A stretch of DNA of 59,906 nucleotides from assembly GCA_017454465.1 (NCBI GenBank), contig JAFTCY010000127.1:1-59906 (forward strand), given 5' to 3'. The DNA is from Clostridia bacterium. Lineage in GTDB: Bacteria; Bacillota; Clostridia; Oscillospirales; CAG-272. The translations under genes and the position numbers were made by a program. Below, piece by piece: positions 57,289-59,906 of the stretch. The notes under the pieces are model-generated. The model was not told where the DNA came from and searched no databases. It was given only the letters and a program-made list of their open reading frames with translations. Positions within the stretch are counted from its first letter, which is position 1. Each line of letters begins with the position of its first letter.

Positions 57289-59906
57289 ATGAGCAAGAAG
57301 TACGTTTACTTGTTTTCAGAAGGCGACGCAACCATGCGCGAACTTCTCGGAGGTAAGGGTGCGAATCTGGCGGAGATGACCAAGATAGGTCTTCCCGTTC
57401 CTCAGGGCTTCACAATCACAACTGAAGCCTGCACACAGTATTACGAAGACGGCAGAAAGATCAACGACGAGATCATGGCGGAAGTCATGGAATACGTCGC
57501 TAAGATGGAACAGATCAACGGCAAGAAGTTCGGAGATAAAAAGAATCCGCTTCTCGTATCCGTTCGTTCCGGCGCAAGAGCATCCATGCCCGGTATGATG
57601 GACACAATCCTTAACCTGGGTCTGAATGACGATGTTGTTGCCGCTATGATCGCAGGCAACCCGGATCCCAAGTTTGAAAGATTCGTATATGACTCCTACA
57701 GACGTTTCATCCAGATGTTCTCTGATGTTGTAATGGAAGTAGGCAAGAAATACTTTGAACAGCTTATAGACAAGATGAAGGAAGAGAAAGGCGTTAAGTA
57801 TGACGTCGAGCTCAACGCAGCCGATCTCAAAAAGCTTGCAGGCCAGTTCAAAGCAGAATACAAGGAAAAGCTCGGAACAGATTTCCCGGCAGATCCGGTC
57901 GAACAGCTGAAGCTTGCTATCGAAGCGGTCTTCCGTTCATGGGATAACCCCCGCGCAAACGTATACCGCAGAGACAACGACATTCCCTACTCCTGGGGCA
58001 CAGCAGTAAACGTAATGCCCATGGTATTCGGAAACCTCAACGAAGAATCCGGTACAGGCGTTGCATTCACGAGAGACCCTGCAACAGGCGAAAAGAAGCT
58101 TATGGGTGAATTCCTGACGAACGCACAGGGCGAAGACGTGGTCGCCGGTGTGAGAACACCTATGCCCATCTCCCAGATGGAGGAACTGTTCCCCGAAGCA
58201 TATTCCGAATTCATAAAGGTATGCGACATACTCGAAAAGCACTATCACGACATGCAGGATATGGAGTTCACAGTCGAGAACAAGAAACTCTACATGCTTC
58301 AGTGCAGAAACGGTAAGAGAACAGCTCAGGCCGCTCTCAAGATCGCATGTGATCTTGTTGACGAGGGAATGAAAACAGAGGAAGAAGCTGTCCTCATGAT
58401 AGACCCGAGAAACCTTGATACTCTTCTCCATCCTCAGTTCGATACAAAAGCTCTCAAGGCAGCAGAACCTATCGGAAAAGCTCTTCCTGCATCTCCCGGT
58501 GCCGCATGCGGCAAGATCGTGTTTACGGCAGCCGATGCCAAAGAGTGGGCTGCAAGAGGAGAGAAAGTCGTTCTCGTAAGACTCGAGACATCCCCTGAAG
58601 ATATCGAGGGCATGAAGGCAGCACAGGGTATCCTTACCGTCCGCGGTGGTATGACATCTCACGCGGCAGTTGTTGCCCGCGGAATGGGCACATGCTGCGT
58701 ATCCGGATGCTCCGCGATAGCTATGGATGAAGAAAACAAGAAGTTCGTCCTGGCAGGCAAGACCTTCGTTGAAGGCGACTATATTTCCATAGACGGTTCC
58801 ACAGGTAACATTTATGAGGGTATTATCCCCACGGTTGATGCTTCCATCGCAGGTGAATTCGGCAGGATTATGGCATGGGCTGACAAGTTCAGAAAGCTTA
58901 AGGTCCGTACAAACGCCGACACACCCAGAGATGCAAAGAAAGCGCGTGAGCTGGGCGCCGAAGGCATCGGCCTCTGCCGTACGGAGCACATGTTCTTCGG
59001 TGAAGGCAGGATCGACGCGTTCCGCGAAATGATCTGTTCCGAGACTGTCGAAGAAAGAGAAAAAGCTCTTGCAAAGATACTGCCCATGCAGCAGTCAGAC
59101 TTCGAGGCTCTCTATGAGGCTCTTGAGGGAACACCGGTCTGCATCAGATTCCTTGATCCTCCGCTTCATGAGTTCGTTCCCACAGAGGAAGCTGATATCG
59201 AAGCGCTCGCGAAGGCACAGGGAAAGAGCGTTGAAACGATCAAGAACATCATTTCTTCTCTCCACGAGTTCAACCCGATGATGGGTCACCGCGGATGCCG
59301 TCTTGCGGTTACATATCCTGAGATCGCAAAAATGCAGACAGCAGCTGTTATCCGTGCAGCCATCAACGTGAAGAAGGCTCATCCAGACTGGAACGTCAAG
59401 CCCGAGATCATGATCCCGCTGGTAGGTGAAGTAAAAGAGCTCAAGTACGTGAAGAAATTTGTCGTCGAGACTGCAGACGCCGAAATAGCAAAAGCAGGCG
59501 CTGACCTCGAATATGAAGTCGGAACGATGATCGAGATCCCGCGCGCAGCTCTGACGGCTGACGATATAGCAAAAGAGGCTGACTTCTTCTGCTTCGGTAC
59601 GAATGACCTTACACAGATGACATACGGATTCTCCCGTGACGATGCAGGCAAGTTCCTTGGTGCATACTATGATGCAAAGATCCTTGAGAACGATCCGTTT
59701 GCAAAACTTGACCAGATTGGCGTCGGCAAACTTATGAAGATGGCCATTTCCCTTGGCAGACCCGCAAATCCGAAACTTCATGTCGGTATCTGCGGTGAGC
59801 ACGGCGGAGATCCCACATCAGTTGAGTTCTGCCACACAATTGGACTTGACTATGTATCATGCTCGCCGTTCCGTGTTCCGATCGCCCGCCTTGCAGCGGC
59901 TCAGGC
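57289..59906 (+). CDS. ppdK: Pyruvate, phosphate dikinase; the 3' end runs off the window
   Basis: The ORF is absent from the supplied track because there is no stop in the window. My translation: MSKKYVYLFSEGDATMRELLGGKGANLAEMTKIGLPVPQGFTITTEAC...; phospho-His region TVRGGMTSHAAVVARGMG; ends ...CSPFRVPIARLAAAQ. GGAGG RBS 10 nt upstream. Confidence 0.92.
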   Translation, partial: MSKKYVYLFSEGDATMRELLGGKGANLAEMTKIGLPVPQGFTITTEACTQYYEDGRKINDEIMAEVMEYVAKMEQINGKKFGDKKNPLLVSVRSGARASMPGMMDTILNLGLNDDVVAAMIAGNPDPKFERFVYDSYRRFIQMFSDVVMEVGKKYFEQLIDKMKEEKGVKYDVELNAADLKKLAGQFKAEYKEKLGTDFPADPVEQLKLAIEAVFRSWDNPRANVYRRDNDIPYSWGTAVNVMPMVFGNLNEESGTGVAFTRDPATGEKKLMGEFLTNAQGEDVVAGVRTPMPISQMEELFPEAYSEFIKVCDILEKHYHDMQDMEFTVENKKLYMLQCRNGKRTAQAALKIACDLVDEGMKTEEEAVLMIDPRNLDTLLHPQFDTKALKAAEPIGKALPASPGAACGKIVFTAADAKEWAARGEKVVLVRLETSPEDIEGMKAAQGILTVRGGMTSHAAVVARGMGTCCVSGCSAIAMDEENKKFVLAGKTFVEGDYISIDGSTGNIYEGIIPTVDASIAGEFGRIMAWADKFRKLKVRTNADTPRDAKKARELGAEGIGLCRTEHMFFGEGRIDAFREMICSETVEEREKALAKILPMQQSDFEALYEALEGTPVCIRFLDPPLHEFVPTEEADIEALAKAQGKSVETIKNIISSLHEFNPMMGHRGCRLAVTYPEIAKMQTAAVIRAAINVKKAHPDWNVKPEIMIPLVGEVKELKYVKKFVVETADAEIAKAGADLEYEVGTMIEIPRAALTADDIAKEADFFCFGTNDLTQMTYGFSRDDAGKFLGAYYDAKILENDPFAKLDQIGVGKLMKMAISLGRPANPKLHVGICGEHGGDPTSVEFCHTIGLDYVSCSPFRVPIARLAAAQ

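Noticed and set aside
57937-59802. Long minus-strand ORFs (350 aa and 235 aa) near the right end of the window
   Set aside because: They are antisense to an unmistakable pyruvate phosphate dikinase reading frame, which is missing from the ORF track only because it has no stop in the window. Their translations are Cys/His/Val-rich nonsense typical of antisense frames.

Overview
This is about 60 kb of a Firmicutes/Clostridia-type chromosome. The evidence is GGAGG-type RBSs, two T-box leaders, a rimP-nusA-ylxR-ylxQ-infB operon, and anaerobe metabolism genes (ppdK, iorAB, paaK). I call about 40 protein genes. I recognised no rRNA, tRNA, CRISPR array, transposase or integrase.

Main points:
1. Positions 5077-10548 (minus strand) carry a tightly packed three-gene operon: a TerB-N/TerB-C protein, a DUF2791 P-loop ATPase and an Lhr-like helicase. 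This is the architecture of the Shango anti-phage system. A perfect consensus promoter drives it, and its last gene is translationally coupled to uvrA, with 1 nt between stop and start.
2. A complete T-box riboswitch at 11324-11587 most likely has a Leu (CUC) specifier. It controls an unusual 849-aa fusion of a xylose-isomerase-like TIM barrel to an acyl-CoA synthetase.
3. The window opens inside an apparently ORF-less group II intron; domains V and VI are clearly readable at 488-548.
4. A 12-kb carbohydrate-uptake locus at 18937-31238 has one giant CBM-bearing solute-binding protein, two permease pairs, no ATPase, and an embedded NHL-propeller/Yip1 membrane protein plus a roughly 1000-aa glycosidase-like protein.
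5. A Trp (UGG) T-box controls a COG2984-type ABC importer.

All calls come from reading the sequence and the ORF translations by eye. No searches, folding or statistics were run, and family names come from remembered motifs.
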